A stretch of DNA of 59,133 nt, the filler included. It is 6 parts of 6 records of this genome, joined end to end, with 100 filler letters (N's around TTAATTAATTAA, not from the genome) between each part and the next. Parts side by side here need not be neighbours in the genome. Positions count along the whole stretch, not along the records: positions 1 to 12,882 come from SRR31147125_23614; 5 more parts are not named here. One strand, given 5' to 3'. The stretch's first letter is position 1, and every line of letters starts with the position of its first letter. Below are positions 1 to 12,316 of this stretch, in pieces. The notes under the pieces were generated by a model. The model was not told the DNA's origin. It saw nothing but the letters and a program-made list of their open reading frames with translations, and did no database searches. The position numbers and the translations under genes were made by a program.

Positions 1-350
1 GGGGTGACATCTTTAATCATAGTCACTGTTAATCCGGCCAGTGAGAGTGCACGCAAAGCTGATTCACGTCCGCTGCCTGGTCCCTTGACATATGCCTCAA
101 CGGAACGCATGCCATGTTCCATCGCCTTCGTAGCAGCTTCTTCAGCTGCCATCTGTGCAACAAAAGGTGTGCTTTTACGTGACCCTTTAAAACCCTTGGC
201 ACCAGACGTTGACCAGGCAACAACGTTGCCAACAGGGTCGCAGATAGTGACGATCGTGTTGTTAAAGGTTGACTGGATATGAACAACGCCTTTGGCAATG
301 TTCTTCTTCTCAGTCTTTTTACGTGTAACTCTCTTACCTGATTTAGCCAT
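1..350 (-). CDS. rpsK: 30S ribosomal protein S11 (3' end truncated)
   Basis: Manual translation [36 protein letters not shown]...[11 protein letters not shown]...[10 protein letters not shown]; lies downstream of rpsM. Confidence 0.97.
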   Translation of the reverse strand, partial: MAKSGKRVTRKKTEKKNIAKGVVHIQSTFNNTIVTICDPVGNVVAWSTSGAKGFKGSRKSTPFVAQMAAEEAATKAMEHGMRSVEAYVKGPGSGRESALRALSLAGLTVTMIKDVT

Positions 351-361
351 GATAACTCCGC

Positions 362-730
362 CTATTTCTTCTTACCGGCAACTGTTTTCTTCGGACCCTT
401 ACGAGTACGAGAATTGTTTTTGGTATTCTGACCACGAACTGGCAAACCTTTACGATGACGCAGACCACGATAGCAGCCAAGATCCATCAATCGTTTGACG
501 TTCATTGTAATCTCACGACGCAAGTCACCTTCTACGTGACAGTCACGATCAATCAACTCACGAATTTTCACAAGTTCAGATTCTGTCAAGTCGTCAGTAC
601 GCGCGTTAAAATCAACACCGGCCTGAGAAAGAATCTTTTGCGACGTAGTGCGGCCAATTCCATAAATATAAGTCATGGCCACTTCAATGCGTTTATTACG
701 CGGTAAATCGACTCCAGCAATACGTGCCAA
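362..730 (-). CDS. rpsM: 30S ribosomal protein S13
   Basis: [13 protein letters not shown]...[20 protein letters not shown] start. Confidence 0.98.
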   Translation of the reverse strand: MARIAGVDLPRNKRIEVAMTYIYGIGRTTSQKILSQAGVDFNARTDDLTESELVKIRELIDRDCHVEGDLRREITMNVKRLMDLGCYRGLRHRKGLPVRGQNTKNNSRTRKGPKKTVAGKKK

Positions 731-746
731 TTTTTCCTCCTAGGTC

Positions 747-860
747 CTATCCCTGTCTTTGCTTGTGTTTGGGATTCTCACAGATGATCCGGACAACGCC
801 TTTGCGTTTTATGACCTTACACTTATCACAGATCTTCTTGACCGAAGCTCTAACCTTCAT
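747..860 (-). CDS. rpmJ: 50S ribosomal protein L36 (zinc-binding type)
   Basis: Manual translation [37 protein letters not shown]; below the ORF-track cutoff. Confidence 0.97.
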   Translation of the reverse strand: MKVRASVKKICDKCKVIKRKGVVRIICENPKHKQRQG

Positions 861-908
861 TTTGAGATCCTTTTCATACGATATTCGGCAATGCCGAGCT
901 AACAATTT

Positions 909-1655
909 CTATAGTCGGGTCAGAATTTCTGGCCCATTATCTGTTATTGCAACCGTGTGTTCGAAATGAGCCGACAACTGACCATCTATCGTGACTGCTG
1001 TCCAACCGTCTTCCAGAACTTTTACTCCAGGCAATCCCGCATTGACCATCGGCTCGATGGCAAACGTCATGCCGCTCTTCAATTTTGGGCCACGTCCTGG
1101 TGTTCCATAATTCGGTATTTGCGGGTCTTCATGGAGCTGACGACCAATCCCATGGCCTACAAATTCACGAACAACACCGTAACCGCCCTTCTCTGCGCGA
1201 AGTTGAACTGCTGATGAGATATCAGATAGATGTCCACCAGGCTTTGCAGCAGAGATTCCACATTCCAGAGACTCTTTTGTTGCGTCCAGAAGAGCTTCTG
1301 TTTCCTGTGAAATTTTACCAACAGGTATTGTGATCGCTGAATCACCGTAAAAACCGTCAAAAATCAGTCCAAAGTCCACACTGAGAATATCACCGTCAAC
1401 AAGCGGTTTATCGTCAGGGAAGCCATGGACAACACGATCATTCGGTGATGCACAGATCGTATAAGGAAAGCCACCATAACCTTTGAAGGCAGGTCGCGCT
1501 TTCATTTTCAAACATTGCTTTTCAGCGAGACGATCCAACTCAATAGAAGTGATGCCAACCTTTACAGTGTCTCTCAAAAGCTGCAAGATCTCCGCAACCA
1601 TACGGCCAGCGGTTCGCATCTTGACTAGTTCGTTTTGAGACTTAACAACAATCAC
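909..1655 (-). CDS. map: Methionine aminopeptidase type I
   Basis: VVHGFP, DGFYGDSA, GHGIG..LHEDP, AIEPM, SAHFEHT motifs. Confidence 0.97.
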   Translation of the reverse strand: MIVVKSQNELVKMRTAGRMVAEILQLLRDTVKVGITSIELDRLAEKQCLKMKARPAFKGYGGFPYTICASPNDRVVHGFPDDKPLVDGDILSVDFGLIFDGFYGDSAITIPVGKISQETEALLDATKESLECGISAAKPGGHLSDISSAVQLRAEKGGYGVVREFVGHGIGRQLHEDPQIPNYGTPGRGPKLKSGMTFAIEPMVNAGLPGVKVLEDGWTAVTIDGQLSAHFEHTVAITDNGPEILTRL

Positions 1656-1658
1656 TCA

Positions 1659-2303
1659 TCAGCCCCGAAGGACATCTTCTATCGCCTGTTGGACAACTTG
1701 CATATCCTGCATCCCGTCAACAGCTACAAGAAGTTGTTCCTGTTTATAATAATTTTCCAGAGGGGCTGTTTGATCATGATAAACCTGCATACGATTTCTG
1801 ATCGTCGCTTCCTGATCATCATCTCTCTGGATTAAAGCACCACCGCAGGCGGAACAGATACCCTCCTCTTGTGGTGGATCATATGATACATGGTAGCCCT
1901 TACCACAGTCTTTACAGGTCCTGCGGCCGGTTAAACGTTGAACAAGGGCCTCTGTTTCAACCTCAAGCGAGACAACTGCATCGAGGTTTTTATCAATCTC
2001 TGCCAGAACATCTTTTAAGGCATCGGCCTGAGGCACTGTCCTGGGAAATCCATCCAGAATAAAGCCATCCTGGCAATCATCCTGCTGTAGACGCTCACTC
2101 ACGATTCCAACTACAACTTCATCCGGAACCAATCCGCCAGCATCCATGTATTCTTTCGCTTTTAACCCCATTGGAGACTGATCACGAACGGCCGCCCTGA
2201 GCATATCACCCGTTGAGATTTGCGGAACTCCATGCTTACTGACCAGCATGGCAGCCTGCGTTCCTTTTCCAGCACCTGGAGGGCCAAGCAGAATGATTTT
2301 CAT
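1659..2303 (-). CDS. adk: Adenylate kinase with zinc-finger LID
   Basis: GPPGAGKGT P-loop, ISTGDMLR, LDGFPRT, CKDC/CSAC. Confidence 0.98.
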   Translation of the reverse strand: MKIILLGPPGAGKGTQAAMLVSKHGVPQISTGDMLRAAVRDQSPMGLKAKEYMDAGGLVPDEVVVGIVSERLQQDDCQDGFILDGFPRTVPQADALKDVLAEIDKNLDAVVSLEVETEALVQRLTGRRTCKDCGKGYHVSYDPPQEEGICSACGGALIQRDDDQEATIRNRMQVYHDQTAPLENYYKQEQLLVAVDGMQDMQVVQQAIEDVLRG

Positions 2304-2307
2304 AGAA

Positions 2308-3613
2308 CTACCCGTGACGTCCTTTGAGCGTCACCCCTTTCATAAATCCTTCATAGGATCTAGAAATCAAGTGAGCTTCAATTTGAGCCGCCGTATCCAT
2401 ACCAACACCGACAACAATCAACAATGACGTTCCACCAAAAAAGAAGGGAACATTCAGCTGACCGATCAAAAGAGTCGGCAGGACACAAACCAGTGATATA
2501 TATATCGCACCCACAAATGTTAAACGACCAAGAACAGTATCAAGATAATCAGCTGTTTCTTTCCCAGGTCTGATACCCGGCACAAAACCACCCTGATTTT
2601 TGATATTGTCTGCAACATTGACAGGATTAAAAGTTATAGCCGTGTAGAAGTAGCAAAAGAAAACAATAAAGGCAACATAAAAAACATTGTAGACCCAATG
2701 CCCAGGAGACAGATACGCTGACGCGGTCTGGACCCATGGAACATCGATAAAGTTTGCAATCGTTGCCGGAAACATCATGATCGAACTGGCGAATATTGGC
2801 GGGATAACACCACTCATATTAATTTTCAATGGCAGATGGCTTGCCTGACCACCCATGTTTCGCATCCCGACAACACGCTTGGCGTAATGAATCGGGACCC
2901 TTCTCTGCGCGCGTTCCATAAAGACAATCGCGCCTACAGTGACCAACATCAGAGCGAGAATAAAAAGGATAACAGTTGGCGTCATGGCGCCAGTCTGAAC
3001 CAGTCGCACAGAGTTGACAATGGCCGAAGGCATGCCGGCAACGATGTACAAAGATAATCAGCGAGATGCCGTTACCAATACCGCGCTCAGTAATTTGCTC
3101 ACCCAACCACATGATAAAAGCAGTACCAGCTGTCAAGGTAATAACCGTCATCAGGATAAAACCCGCACCCGGGTTCGGCACAACAGGCTCACCTGCAGGA
3201 CCAACCATCGACTGGAGACCCGTAGCGATACCAGCTCCCTGAATAACTGCAAGGATAATGGTTCCATAACGTGTGTACTCTGTGATTTTCTTGCGACCTT
3301 GTTCACCTTCCTTGGAAAGCTTCTCAATCGGCTCGAAAACAACTGTGAGTAATTGCAGAATAATTGATGCACTGATATACGGCATGATACCCAGCGCAAA
3401 AACCGCCATCTGTTGGAGCGCACCGCCAGTAAACGCACTGACGAGTCCAAGCAGAGTCCCTTCTGTTCCCTCAAAAAATTTGGCAAGGACAGTTGAGTCA
3501 ATACCCGGTGTCGGGACATGACATCCGATTCTGTAGACCGCCAGTATTGACAGAGTGAAGAGGATTCTGCGTCTCAGTTCAGGGATAGCAAGAATATTCT
3601 GCAGTGTGGACAT
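2308..3613 (-). CDS. secY: Preprotein translocase SecY, split by an apparent 2-nt deletion near 3045
   Basis: ORF 2819-3613 gives the N half ([32 protein letters not shown]); ORF 2308-3051 gives the C half ([26 protein letters not shown]). Confidence 0.95.
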
Positions 3614-3616
3614 AGA

Positions 3617-4057
3617 TTAAATAACCTCGGTCTTGCCGCCAGCAGCCTCAATTTTCTGGATGGCGGTCTTGCTGAACTTATGAGCTTTAACTGTCAAGGC
3701 TTTTGACAGATCTCCATCAGCAAGGATCTTGATTCCATCTTTCATCGAAGCAACAAGACCAGCCTGACCATACTGTTCTACGTCAACGACAGCACCAGCT
3801 TCAAAGCAGTCGAGGTCGCGCAGGTTGACCAGATTATATACCTTCTTGTTCAGAGAGGTAAAACCACGCTTTGGAATACGTCTCTGCAGAGGCATCTGGC
3901 CGCCTTCGAAACCAGGCTTGACACCACCACCGCTACGCGCATTTTGACCTTTGTGTCCCTTACCAGACGTTTTGCCGGTTCCGGAACCTGGTCCACGACC
4001 AATACGTTTTCTATTTTTAGTTGACCCTGGGGCCGGTTTCAGATTGCTTAAATCCAT
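3617..4057 (-). CDS. rplO: 50S ribosomal protein L15
   Basis: [34 protein letters not shown]. Confidence 0.98.
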   Translation of the reverse strand: MDLSNLKPAPGSTKNRKRIGRGPGSGTGKTSGKGHKGQNARSGGGVKPGFEGGQMPLQRRIPKRGFTSLNKKVYNLVNLRDLDCFEAGAVVDVEQYGQAGLVASMKDGIKILADGDLSKALTVKAHKFSKTAIQKIEAAGGKTEVI

Positions 4058-4077
4058 CGTTATATCCTCTGAACGTT

Positions 4078-4257
4078 TCAGTCTTCTACAGAAACCATGT
4101 GTTCAACCTTGCGGATCATCCCACGAATCTCAGGGGTGTCCTGCAAAGTGACAGTCTGGTGCAGGCGATTTAATCCAAGGCCCTTAAGGACTTTGGAAAA
4201 ATAACCCTTACGACCAATCGGACTTCTTTTCAGGGTAACTTTAACTTCTGCTGCCAT
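4078..4257 (-). CDS. rpmD: 50S ribosomal protein L30
   Basis: Manual translation [59 protein letters not shown]; between rpsE and rplO. Confidence 0.95.
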   Translation of the reverse strand: MAAEVKVTLKRSPIGRKGYFSKVLKGLGLNRLHQTVTLQDTPEIRGMIRKVEHMVSVED

Positions 4258-4280
4258 TGTAAAACCTCCTTACCCTGAAA

Positions 4281-4772
4281 TTAATCCTGATCGATGCCAC
4301 GACGCGCTTTAATTTCTTCGGGGCTTCTAAGCATTTTAAGTGCACTAATTGTCGCTTTGACAACATTGTGCGGGTTGTTCGACCCAAGACACTTGGTCAA
4401 AATATTTCCGATACCGACCGATTCAAGGATCGGGCGTACAGCGCCACCAGCAATAACACCAGTACCAGGCGATGCAGGCTTCAGAAGTACTTTACCAGCA
4501 CCATACTTTCCTATCACGTCATAAGGAATCGTACGTCCGTCCTGAATCGGAACCTTAATCAGGCTTTTCTTCGCCTGCTCAACGCCTTTACGTATCGCTT
4601 CAGGAACTTCTTTGGCCTTGCCCAGTCCGTAACCGACATGACCTTCTCCGTCACCGACAACGACAAGAGCTGAAAAGCTGAAACGACGTCCACCTTTGAC
4701 GACTTTTGCATTACGATTGATGTGAATGACTCTATCGGTCAATTCCAATTCATTAGGATCTATGTGAAGCAC
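4281..4772 (-). CDS. rpsE: 30S ribosomal protein S5
   Basis: [23 protein letters not shown]. Confidence 0.98.
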   Translation of the reverse strand: MLHIDPNELELTDRVIHINRNAKVVKGGRRFSFSALVVVGDGEGHVGYGLGKAKEVPEAIRKGVEQAKKSLIKVPIQDGRTIPYDVIGKYGAGKVLLKPASPGTGVIAGGAVRPILESVGIGNILTKCLGSNNPHNVVKATISALKMLRSPEEIKARRGIDQD

Positions 4773-4784
4773 TGAACTTCTCCT

Positions 4785-5147
4785 CTACAACGTTAATCCA
4801 GCTTCCCGAGCCGCATCAGCAAGAGCCTGAACACGCCCCTGATACAGGAAACCGTTACGGTCGAAAACGACTTTAGTGATATTCTTATCAAGCGCCTGCT
4901 TGGCAATTGCAGTTCCTACCGCTTTCGCGGCTTCAACATTGCCACCCTGGGTCAGCTCGGTACCTTTACTAATAGTCGAAGCTGAAGCCAATGTGCTTCC
5001 TGTTGCATCCTCAATGATCTGCGCGTAGATATGTTTTGAACTACGGAATACAGAGAGGCGAGGACATTCGCTCGTTCCACGTACTTTTTTTCTAACGCGA
5101 GCCTGACGCTTAAGTCTGGCCACTCGTCTTTTCTGGGACACGTCCAC
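4785..5147 (-). CDS. rplR: 50S ribosomal protein L18
   Basis: [31 protein letters not shown]. Confidence 0.97.
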   Translation of the reverse strand: MDVSQKRRVARLKRQARVRKKVRGTSECPRLSVFRSSKHIYAQIIEDATGSTLASASTISKGTELTQGGNVEAAKAVGTAIAKQALDKNITKVVFDRNGFLYQGRVQALADAAREAGLTL

Positions 5148-5174
5148 AGTTATCTCCTTGCTTAAACGCTAGTT

Positions 5175-5711
5175 CTATTTACCAGCCTTACCGGCTTTGC
5201 GAACAATGTGCTCATCGGCGTACTTAATTCCTTTGCCTTTATAAGGCTCAGGCTTCCTGAATGAGCGAATCTTTGCTGCAGCAGATCCGACAAGTTGCTT
5301 ATCAATACCTTTAACCGAAAGCTTTGTCTGCTTTTCAATTTCTACATTGATGCCTTCGGGCAAAGTATAGACAACTGGATGTGAATAGCCGAGTGCCAGA
5401 GTCAGTACATTTCCTGAAATCTCTGCACGATAACCAACACCATTAATTTCAAGATCTTTTTGAAAACCGTTTGTAACACCAACGACCATATTATTGATCA
5501 ATGATCTGGTGAGCCCGTGGAGTGCAGTATCTTGCTTATCGTCTGAAGGACGAGTCACAACAATCTGATCTGTCTCGACAGCGATCGTCATTTTTTCATG
5601 AAGGTCCTGCGACAAAGTCCCTTTCGGGCCTGTAACGGTCATTTTATTGCCATCGAGCGCAACCTTGACGCCTGACGGAATTGAGACTGGTAATTTACCG
5701 ATACGTGACAT
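5175..5711 (-). CDS. rplF: 50S ribosomal protein L6
   Basis: MSRIGKLPV...[11 protein letters not shown]. Confidence 0.98.
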   Translation of the reverse strand: MSRIGKLPVSIPSGVKVALDGNKMTVTGPKGTLSQDLHEKMTIAVETDQIVVTRPSDDKQDTALHGLTRSLINNMVVGVTNGFQKDLEINGVGYRAEISGNVLTLALGYSHPVVYTLPEGINVEIEKQTKLSVKGIDKQLVGSAAAKIRSFRKPEPYKGKGIKYADEHIVRKAGKAGK

Positions 5712-5730
5712 TTACTCTGCTCCTTGACTG

Positions 5731-6129
5731 CTACCAGACAGTACAAATGACTTCACCACCGACCTGTGCCTGGCGCGCTGAAGCATCGTCTAAAACACCC
5801 TTGGATGTCGACAGAATCGACGCTCCGAGACCATTCTTAACTCGTGGGATTTCATCCTTGCCAACATAAACACGTCGACCAGGTGTTGAAACACGCTTTA
5901 TTTCATTGATAAGCGGCTCCTGGTTCGCATCATACTTAAGATAGATACGCAACATGCCCTGCTTATTATCAGTGATCACTTTTAAATTTTTGATGTAGCC
6001 AAGGTCCTTGAGAACATTAGCGACAGCAACTTTCAGATTACTGGATGGGACGTCAAGCTTTGCATGGCTTGCCATACCAGCATTGCGAATACGTGTTAAC
6101 ATATCCGCCATCGGGTCGGTCATTGACAT
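5731..6129 (-). CDS. rpsH: 30S ribosomal protein S8
   Basis: [27 protein letters not shown]. Confidence 0.98.
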   Translation of the reverse strand: MSMTDPMADMLTRIRNAGMASHAKLDVPSSNLKVAVANVLKDLGYIKNLKVITDNKQGMLRIYLKYDANQEPLINEIKRVSTPGRRVYVGKDEIPRVKNGLGASILSTSKGVLDDASARQAQVGGEVICTVW

Positions 6130-6150
6130 TCGTGGTACTCCTTCTTGCTG

Positions 6151-6336
6151 TTACCAGCTGGACTTGACGACTCCAGGAACCTTCCCTTCGGACGCCAGTT
6201 TCCGCAGACAGATTCTGCACATATCAAACTTACGGTAATAAGCACGCGGACGGCCACAGATTGGGCAGCGATTGTACTCACGTACCGCGAACTTTTTTGG
6301 CCTCTTTGTTTTGGCAATCATCGATTTCTTAGCCAC
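6151..6336 (-). CDS. rpsN: 30S ribosomal protein S14, short zinc-binding (type Z)
   Basis: 61 aa, [21 protein letters not shown]. Confidence 0.97.
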   Translation of the reverse strand: MAKKSMIAKTKRPKKFAVREYNRCPICGRPRAYYRKFDMCRICLRKLASEGKVPGVVKSSW

Positions 6337-6352
6337 AATATCCTCCGCTAGA

Positions 6353-6892
6353 CTATTTTCTAAATGGCATTCCGAGGCCGGACAACAGTGCGCGTCCCTC
6401 CTCGTCAGTTTTTGCAGTTGTAACGATCGTGATATTAAGACCAGAAACCTTGGCGATTTTATCCAGATCGATCTCAGGGAATATCAACTGTTCGCGGATA
6501 CCAAGAGTGTAGTTTCCACGACCATCAAACGCTTTTGGAGAAACACCCTTGAAGTCACGAACACGTGGCAAAGCCACATTGACAAGGCGATCCAGAAATT
6601 CCCATGCGCGACTCTGACGCAGCGTTACACATGCCCCAATCGACATATCTTCACGCAATTTGAAGCCAGCAATCGACTTCTTTGATTTAGTGATGACTGC
6701 TTTCTGACCGCTGATGCGACCGAGCTCTTCAACTGCAGACTCAAGCAGTTTTGGGTTCTGAATAGCTTCCCCTAAGCCCATATTGAGAACGATTTTCTCA
6801 ATTTTCGGAACTTCCATAACATTTCTGTATTGAAATTCCTTCATCAGGGCTGGAATTTGTTCATTGATATATGCCTGTTTTAACCTGGCCAT
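6353..6892 (-). CDS. rplE: 50S ribosomal protein L5
   Basis: [27 protein letters not shown]. Confidence 0.98.
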   Translation of the reverse strand: MARLKQAYINEQIPALMKEFQYRNVMEVPKIEKIVLNMGLGEAIQNPKLLESAVEELGRISGQKAVITKSKKSIAGFKLREDMSIGACVTLRQSRAWEFLDRLVNVALPRVRDFKGVSPKAFDGRGNYTLGIREQLIFPEIDLDKIAKVSGLNITIVTTAKTDEEGRALLSGLGMPFRK

Positions 6893-6903
6893 CGAATTCT
6901 CCG

Positions 6904-7233
6904 TTATTTATCGACGCTCGCGTCACATTTTTTGCAGTAACGAGCTTTGCTACCATCTTCAAGCAAACGGACACCAGTACGTGCCGCTTCATTACAGGAT
7001 TCGCAGACAAGCATAACATTCGAAATACTCAAAGATGCTTCTTTCTCGACGATCCCACCTTCCGGGTTTAACTGGTTGGGGCGAGTATGGCGCTTAACTA
7101 CGTTGAGGCCTTCAACAACAACCCGGCTCTTAGCAGGAAAGACACGCAACACTTTACCAGTCTTACCACGTTCTTTACCTGCGATAACTTTGACCATGTC
7201 ATCTTTTTTGACATGCAGTTTTACACTAGCCAT
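6904..7233 (-). CDS. rplX: 50S ribosomal protein L24
   Basis: KOW motif [23 protein letters not shown]. Confidence 0.97.
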   Translation of the reverse strand: MASVKLHVKKDDMVKVIAGKERGKTGKVLRVFPAKSRVVVEGLNVVKRHTRPNQLNPEGGIVEKEASLSISNVMLVCESCNEAARTGVRLLEDGSKARYCKKCDASVDK

Positions 7234-7257
7234 TGACTTGATTCTCCAACAGTCTGT

Positions 7258-7626
7258 TTACAAAACTTCCGGTGCCAGCGAGACGATCTTCATAAAATGA
7301 CGAGCGCGTAATTCTCTGGCGACAGGCCCGAAAATTCGGGTACCAATTGGCTCATTCCCCGCATTGACAACGACGGCTGAGTTATTATCAAAGCGGATAA
7401 ACGACCCATCCGGGCGTGGTACTTCTTTTGCAGTACGCACAATCACAGCCCTGACAACGTCACCCTTTTTGACTTTAGAGTTCGGCAATGCCTCTTTAAC
7501 ACTGCAGATAATGACGTCACCGATGCCAGCGTACATACGCTTAGAACCTCCGGGGACTTTGATACAGCAGAGCTTTTTCGCACCCGAATTATCTGCCACA
7601 CTAAGCATTGTTTGCATTTGGATCAT
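7258..7626 (-). CDS. rplN: 50S ribosomal protein L14
   Basis: [29 protein letters not shown]. Confidence 0.98.
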   Translation of the reverse strand: MIQMQTMLSVADNSGAKKLCCIKVPGGSKRMYAGIGDVIICSVKEALPNSKVKKGDVVRAVIVRTAKEVPRPDGSFIRFDNNSAVVVNAGNEPIGTRIFGPVARELRARHFMKIVSLAPEVL

Positions 7627-7638
7627 GGTTTTACTCTC

Positions 7639-7905
7639 CTACGCGGTAACGGCCTTATCCAGAATCTGACGAACGCGCCAACGCTTATCCTTCGAAAGCG
7701 GTCTGGTCTCGACGATCAGGACCTTGTCACCAATGCCACAGCTGTTTGTTTCATCATGCGCCTTACAGCTAACCTTGCGCTTGATGAATTTCTTGTAAAC
7801 ACTGTGCTTGACCAGGTCATCGACTCTGACAACAACAGTCTTGTCCATCTTGTCACTGACGACAATACCGATCCGAGTTCTTCTGCTTCCTCGCTCTTGA
7901 CTCAT
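7639..7905 (-). CDS. rpsQ: 30S ribosomal protein S17
   Basis: [23 protein letters not shown]. Confidence 0.98.
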   Translation of the reverse strand: MSQERGSRRTRIGIVVSDKMDKTVVVRVDDLVKHSVYKKFIKRKVSCKAHDETNSCGIGDKVLIVETRPLSKDKRWRVRQILDKAVTA

Positions 7906-7920
7906 TTTTCCTCACCTACA

Positions 7921-8112
7921 CTAAGCGTTCAGCTTACTGGAAAGAACAGTTTTGACCCGTGCAACATCTTTACGAACCTCTGAGATCCGTGATGTGTTCT
8001 CAAGATGGCCGGTGTGCAGTTGAAACTTCAGGTTAAACAGCTCCTGCTGTAATTCCAGAGTTTTTTCCTGCAACTCTTCAACGCTGAGATCTTTAATTTC
8101 ACTAGCTTTCAT
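7921..8112 (-). CDS. rpmC: 50S ribosomal protein L29
   Basis: [18 protein letters not shown]; operon position. Confidence 0.96.
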   Translation of the reverse strand: MKASEIKDLSVEELQEKTLELQQELFNLKFQLHTGHLENTSRISEVRKDVARVKTVLSSKLNA

Positions 8113-8524
8113 CGCCAGCCTCTCTTTTTACAAATTTAGTCCGCATCGGCAGTTTGTGCGCACCAAGACGGAATGCCTCACGAGCAACTTCCTCTGTAAC
8201 ACCCTGCATTTCATAGAGGATGTGTCCTGGCTTAACAACAGCGACCCATTTTTCCGGGGAGCCCTTACCTTTACCCATACGTGTTTCAGCAGGCTTACTT
8301 GTGAGTGGTTTATGCGGAAACGAACGAATCCAGATTTTACCACCCCGTTTGATATAACGTGTCATTGCACGTCGAGCCGCTTCAATCTGACGAGATGACA
8401 ACCAACCGCACTCTAAAGCCTGAAGACCGAAATCTCCAAAATTGACCTCAGTGCCGCGGGAAGCCTGACCCGTCATCCGACCAGTAAACTGCTTTCTACG
8501 CTTTACTTTCTTAGGCATTAACAT
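8102..8524 (-). CDS. rplP: 50S ribosomal protein L16
   Basis: [22 protein letters not shown]. Confidence 0.98.
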   Translation of the reverse strand: MLMPKKVKRRKQFTGRMTGQASRGTEVNFGDFGLQALECGWLSSRQIEAARRAMTRYIKRGGKIWIRSFPHKPLTSKPAETRMGKGKGSPEKWVAVVKPGHILYEMQGVTEEVAREAFRLGAHKLPMRTKFVKREAGDES

Positions 8525-8540
8525 GACAATTTACTCCTGA

Positions 8541-9191
8541 TCAGCCAACAGGCTGCTCGTTTTCCTTCCCCAGTACCTCACCTTTGAAGATGAGGACCTT
8601 GACACCAATGATTCCGTACGTCGTCTTTGCCTCAGCAAAACCGTAATCGATATCTGCTCTCAGGGTGTGCAATGGAACACGCCCTTCACGATACCACTCA
8701 GTACGACTCATCTCAGCACCACCAAGCCGGCCGGCACAGGTAATTTTAATTCCCTTTGCACCAAACTTAAGAGCCATGCTGACACTGCGCTTCATTGCAC
8801 GACGGAAAGCGACTCGCCTCTCGAGTTGAAGAACAACATTCTCAGCAACCAGCTGAGCGTCAACCTCGGGCTTGCGCACTTCCTGAATATTAATGAAGCA
8901 CTCATCATCAGTGATCTTAGACAGGTCTTTTTTCAAGACCTCAACCTCAGACCCTTTCTTACCAATGATGATACCTGGACGCGCAGCAAAGATATTAATC
9001 TTTACTTTATTCGCAGCACGTTCCAGTTCAATTTTAGAAATGCCTGCATGATAAAGACGCTGCTTAAGAAAATTGCGCAATTTCAAATCAGCATGCAACT
9101 TATCAGAATAATCTGAATCTGCGTACCAGCGGGATTCCCAAGTCCGGTTAATACCCAGACGAAATCCTATCGGATGAACTTTCTGACCCAA
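8541..9191 (-). CDS. rpsC: 30S ribosomal protein S3
   Basis: [36 protein letters not shown]. Confidence 0.98.
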   Translation of the reverse strand: MGQKVHPIGFRLGINRTWESRWYADSDYSDKLHADLKLRNFLKQRLYHAGISKIELERAANKVKINIFAARPGIIIGKKGSEVEVLKKDLSKITDDECFINIQEVRKPEVDAQLVAENVVLQLERRVAFRRAMKRSVSMALKFGAKGIKITCAGRLGGAEMSRTEWYREGRVPLHTLRADIDYGFAEAKTTYGIIGVKVLIFKGEVLGKENEQPVG

Positions 9192-9208
9192 AGGAATACC
9201 TCCTCGAC

Positions 9209-9541
9209 TTACTTGACATCCAGAACCACAGTGATGTGGCTGGTCGGTTTACGAATCCGGCTGGCACGCCCCTGAGCGCGGGGCATAAAACGCCTGAGCA
9301 CGGGGCCCTGGTCAACCATAACTGTCTTTATAAACAGTTGATCAACATCAGACACTCCCTTTTGCTCAGCGTTTGCTACAGCTGACTTCAAAAGTTTTGA
9401 GAGAATAGGTGCTGTCTTCTGAGGCGAAAACTGCAAGATATTCAGAGCATCCTGAATGCCTTTGCCGCGCACCATATCGACAACGAGTCTGGCTTTACGT
9501 GGAGACAGACGTACGTTTTTAAGCTTTGCTTGTGCTTCCAT
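9209..9541 (-). CDS. rplV: 50S ribosomal protein L22
   Basis: [22 protein letters not shown]. Confidence 0.98.
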   Translation of the reverse strand: MEAQAKLKNVRLSPRKARLVVDMVRGKGIQDALNILQFSPQKTAPILSKLLKSAVANAEQKGVSDVDQLFIKTVMVDQGPVLRRFMPRAQGRASRIRKPTSHITVVLDVK

Positions 9542-9563
9542 AGCTGGGGACTCCTGTCAGAAC

Positions 9564-9842
9564 TTACCTGACTTTGCTCTTTTTATCACTTCCGTGACCA
9601 TAGTATGTACGGGTCGGTGCAAACTCACCTAACTTATGACCAACCATATTCTCACTGACGAAAACCGGAACAAACTTTTTTCCGTTATGCACGGCAAAAG
9701 TCATACCGACAAACTCAGGAATGATGGTCGAACGACGTGACCAAGTCTTAATTACCTTACTACGGTTTGCCTCTCCTTCGAGATCAACCTTCCGTATCAG
9801 GCTATCCTGAACATATGGCCCTTTTTTAATTGATCTTGCCAC
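9564..9842 (-). CDS. rpsS: 30S ribosomal protein S19
   Basis: [22 protein letters not shown]. Confidence 0.98.
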   Translation of the reverse strand: MARSIKKGPYVQDSLIRKVDLEGEANRSKVIKTWSRRSTIIPEFVGMTFAVHNGKKFVPVFVSENMVGHKLGEFAPTRTYYGHGSDKKSKVR

Positions 9843-9864
9843 GATCCACTCCTAAAGCTAATGA

Positions 9865-10692
9865 TTACTTCTTATTTCTACGGCGAACGATGAACTTATC
9901 AGTCCGCTTGTTTGTTCTGGTTTTGTAGCCCTTTGTCGGCACACCCCAAGGCGTTACCGGATGCCGGCCGCCGGAGCTCTTACCCTCACCACCACCATGC
10001 GGGTGATCAACAGGGTTCATCGCAACACCACGTGACTGTGGCCGCTTGCCAAGCCAACGATTCCGACCAGCCTTACCAATTTTGATTTTTTCAAAATCGA
10101 GGTTTCCAACTTGGCCAACCGTTGCACGACACTCCTGCATAACGAGGCGAACCTCGCCTGAAGGCAATCGAAGCTGAGCGTAACGCCCTTCCTTGGCAGC
10201 AATCATTGCATAAGCACCAGCACTTCTTGCCAGCTGACCACCTTTGCCGATTTTAAGCTCAACATTGTGAACCCAGGTGCCAAGTGGAATCGACTTGATT
10301 GTCAAAGTGTTGCCAGGTCTGATATCCGCGCTGTCACTGGCTACAACGGTATCGCCAACATTTAAACCATTTGGTGCAAGGATGTAGCGTTTTTCACCAT
10401 CGACATAGTTAAGCAGTGCAATCCTTGCGCTACGGTTAGGATCATACTCAATCGCAGCAACCCTTGCAGGCACTTCAAGCTTGTCACGGCGAAAGTCAAT
10501 GATTCTGTACTTGCGCTTGTGCCCACCGCCTGTATGTCGTTTGGTAATACGTCCAGTATTATTCCGTCCACCTGAACGCTTCAACGGCGCCAGTAACGAC
10601 TTCTCAGGACGTGACTTTGTCACCTCCTCAAAAGTCGACGAAGTCATATGACGACGACCGTCCGAGGTTGGATTAAACTTCTTGATGCCCAT
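9865..10692 (-). CDS. rplB: 50S ribosomal protein L2
   Basis: [28 protein letters not shown]. Confidence 0.99.
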   Translation of the reverse strand: MGIKKFNPTSDGRRHMTSSTFEEVTKSRPEKSLLAPLKRSGGRNNTGRITKRHTGGGHKRKYRIIDFRRDKLEVPARVAAIEYDPNRSARIALLNYVDGEKRYILAPNGLNVGDTVVASDSADIRPGNTLTIKSIPLGTWVHNVELKIGKGGQLARSAGAYAMIAAKEGRYAQLRLPSGEVRLVMQECRATVGQVGNLDFEKIKIGKAGRNRWLGKRPQSRGVAMNPVDHPHGGGEGKSSGGRHPVTPWGVPTKGYKTRTNKRTDKFIVRRRNKK

Positions 10693-10725
10693 GATAACTA
10701 CTCCGTACCTGCAAAGCGTTCTGGC

Positions 10726-11013
10726 TTACACGCCGTAAAAATCGATATTCTGACCTTCTTCCAAGGTCACATATGCCTTCTTCCAATTATTGCGCTGCCC
10801 AAGGTTGTAACCAACACGCTTGACTTTTCCTCGAAAAACCATTGTGTTGACAGACTTAACCTTGACGTCAAATGCCTTTTCAACAGCCTGCTTGATCTCG
10901 ATCTTGTTGGCGCTTCTTGCAACCTCAAAAGATACAACCTGCGCTTCATCCTTGAGCAGATTTGCCTTTTCAGTTATCAGCGGCTTGCGAATAATTTCGT
11001 ATAAAGGTTTCAT
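10726..11013 (-). CDS. rplW: 50S ribosomal protein L23
   Basis: [26 protein letters not shown]. Confidence 0.97.
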   Translation of the reverse strand: MKPLYEIIRKPLITEKANLLKDEAQVVSFEVARSANKIEIKQAVEKAFDVKVKSVNTMVFRGKVKRVGYNLGQRNNWKKAYVTLEEGQNIDFYGV

Positions 11014-11633
11014 TATTCCAATGCTCCTTCAATTTCATTGACTGCAGCATCAGTCATAACCAGGTTCGGATACTTCAAAATATCGTAAACATTGACACCT
11101 TCTGCACGTAACACTTTGACATTGCGCAGATTTCTGGCTGAAAGTTCAACATTATTGTTCGCCTGACCAATGACAACGAGAACACCTTCTACTTCCAACT
11201 GATTCATCATCTGAGCAAATGACTTGGTGCTTACACCATCCATCGCCAAATCTTTCACAACGAGAAGCTTTTCACCCTGAAAGCGTGCCGAAAGAGCACT
11301 GCACAAAGCAGACTTTTTGACTTTACGGTTCAGTTTAAAAGCGTAAGAGCGTGGACTTGGACCAAATGCGACACCACCTCCTACAAAATGCGGTGCACGC
11401 ACGGTTCCTTGACGCGCGTTACCGGTGCCCTTCTGACGATAAGGCTTCTTACTTCCACCCGCCACTGCGCTTCTATTTTTTACCGCAGCAGTTCCTTGAC
11501 GTCGAGCGGCCAGCTGATAGCGAACCATGTCGTGGAGCAAATACTCTTTTACTTCAGTATTGAAAACATTGTCAGCAAGTTCACGCTCACCGACCTGCTT
11601 CCTTTCCTGATCATATATTGCCACTGTTGCCAT
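11013..11633 (-). CDS. rplD: 50S ribosomal protein L4
   Basis: [29 protein letters not shown]. Confidence 0.98.
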   Translation of the reverse strand: MATVAIYDQERKQVGERELADNVFNTEVKEYLLHDMVRYQLAARRQGTAAVKNRSAVAGGSKKPYRQKGTGNARQGTVRAPHFVGGGVAFGPSPRSYAFKLNRKVKKSALCSALSARFQGEKLLVVKDLAMDGVSTKSFAQMMNQLEVEGVLVVIGQANNNVELSARNLRNVKVLRAEGVNVYDILKYPNLVMTDAAVNEIEGALE

Positions 11634-11659
11634 TTATCTACTCCTAAATCTCCAGCCGA

Positions 11660-12289
11660 TCAGGCCTTGATTCCTTTACGAATTTCAACAAGTCCATTCT
11701 TAGGGCCAGGAACGGCTCCACGAACAAAAAGAAGATTCTGTTCTGAGCGTACCTCGACAACAATAAGGTTCTGAGTTGTCACTCGAACATTGCCGTACTG
11801 ACCAGGCATTTTCTTGCCCTTGATAACCTTTGACGGCCAGGCCGATTGCCCGATCGCACCAGGGCGACGCTTAAACATGGAACCGTGGGTCGCACGGCCG
11901 CCAGAAAAGCCCCAGCGCTTCATAACACCCTGAAAACCTTTACCCTTGCTGACACCAGTCACATCAATCCGGTCACCCGGCTTGAAAATATCGCAAAGGA
12001 CTTCATCACCGATGGCCAATGCGTCATCAGCAGGCTTGAATTCACGGGTATGCAAAAAAGCACCTTTTCCAACCTTTTTGAAGTGACCCATTGCTGGCTT
12101 ATTCACACGTGCAGAACTCTTCACGCCAAAACCAACCTGAACAGCCTCGTATCCGTCAGAGTCAACAGTCTTCTTCTGCAGCACTGTACAGGGTCCAGCT
12201 TCCAGAACAGTTACCGGAATCCTCTGTCCGTCAGCTGCAAACACCTGACTCATTCCAATTTTCTTACCTAACAATCCATTGATCATCAT
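11660..12289 (-). CDS. rplC: 50S ribosomal protein L3
   Basis: GKKIGMSQ, SKGKGFQGVMKR, GAVPGPK. Confidence 0.98.
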   Translation of the reverse strand: MMINGLLGKKIGMSQVFAADGQRIPVTVLEAGPCTVLQKKTVDSDGYEAVQVGFGVKSSARVNKPAMGHFKKVGKGAFLHTREFKPADDALAIGDEVLCDIFKPGDRIDVTGVSKGKGFQGVMKRWGFSGGRATHGSMFKRRPGAIGQSAWPSKVIKGKKMPGQYGNVRVTTQNLIVVEVRSEQNLLFVRGAVPGPKNGLVEIRKGIKA

Positions 12290-12316
12290 CGTGCCCTTAA
12301 TATGACAAATCTATAC

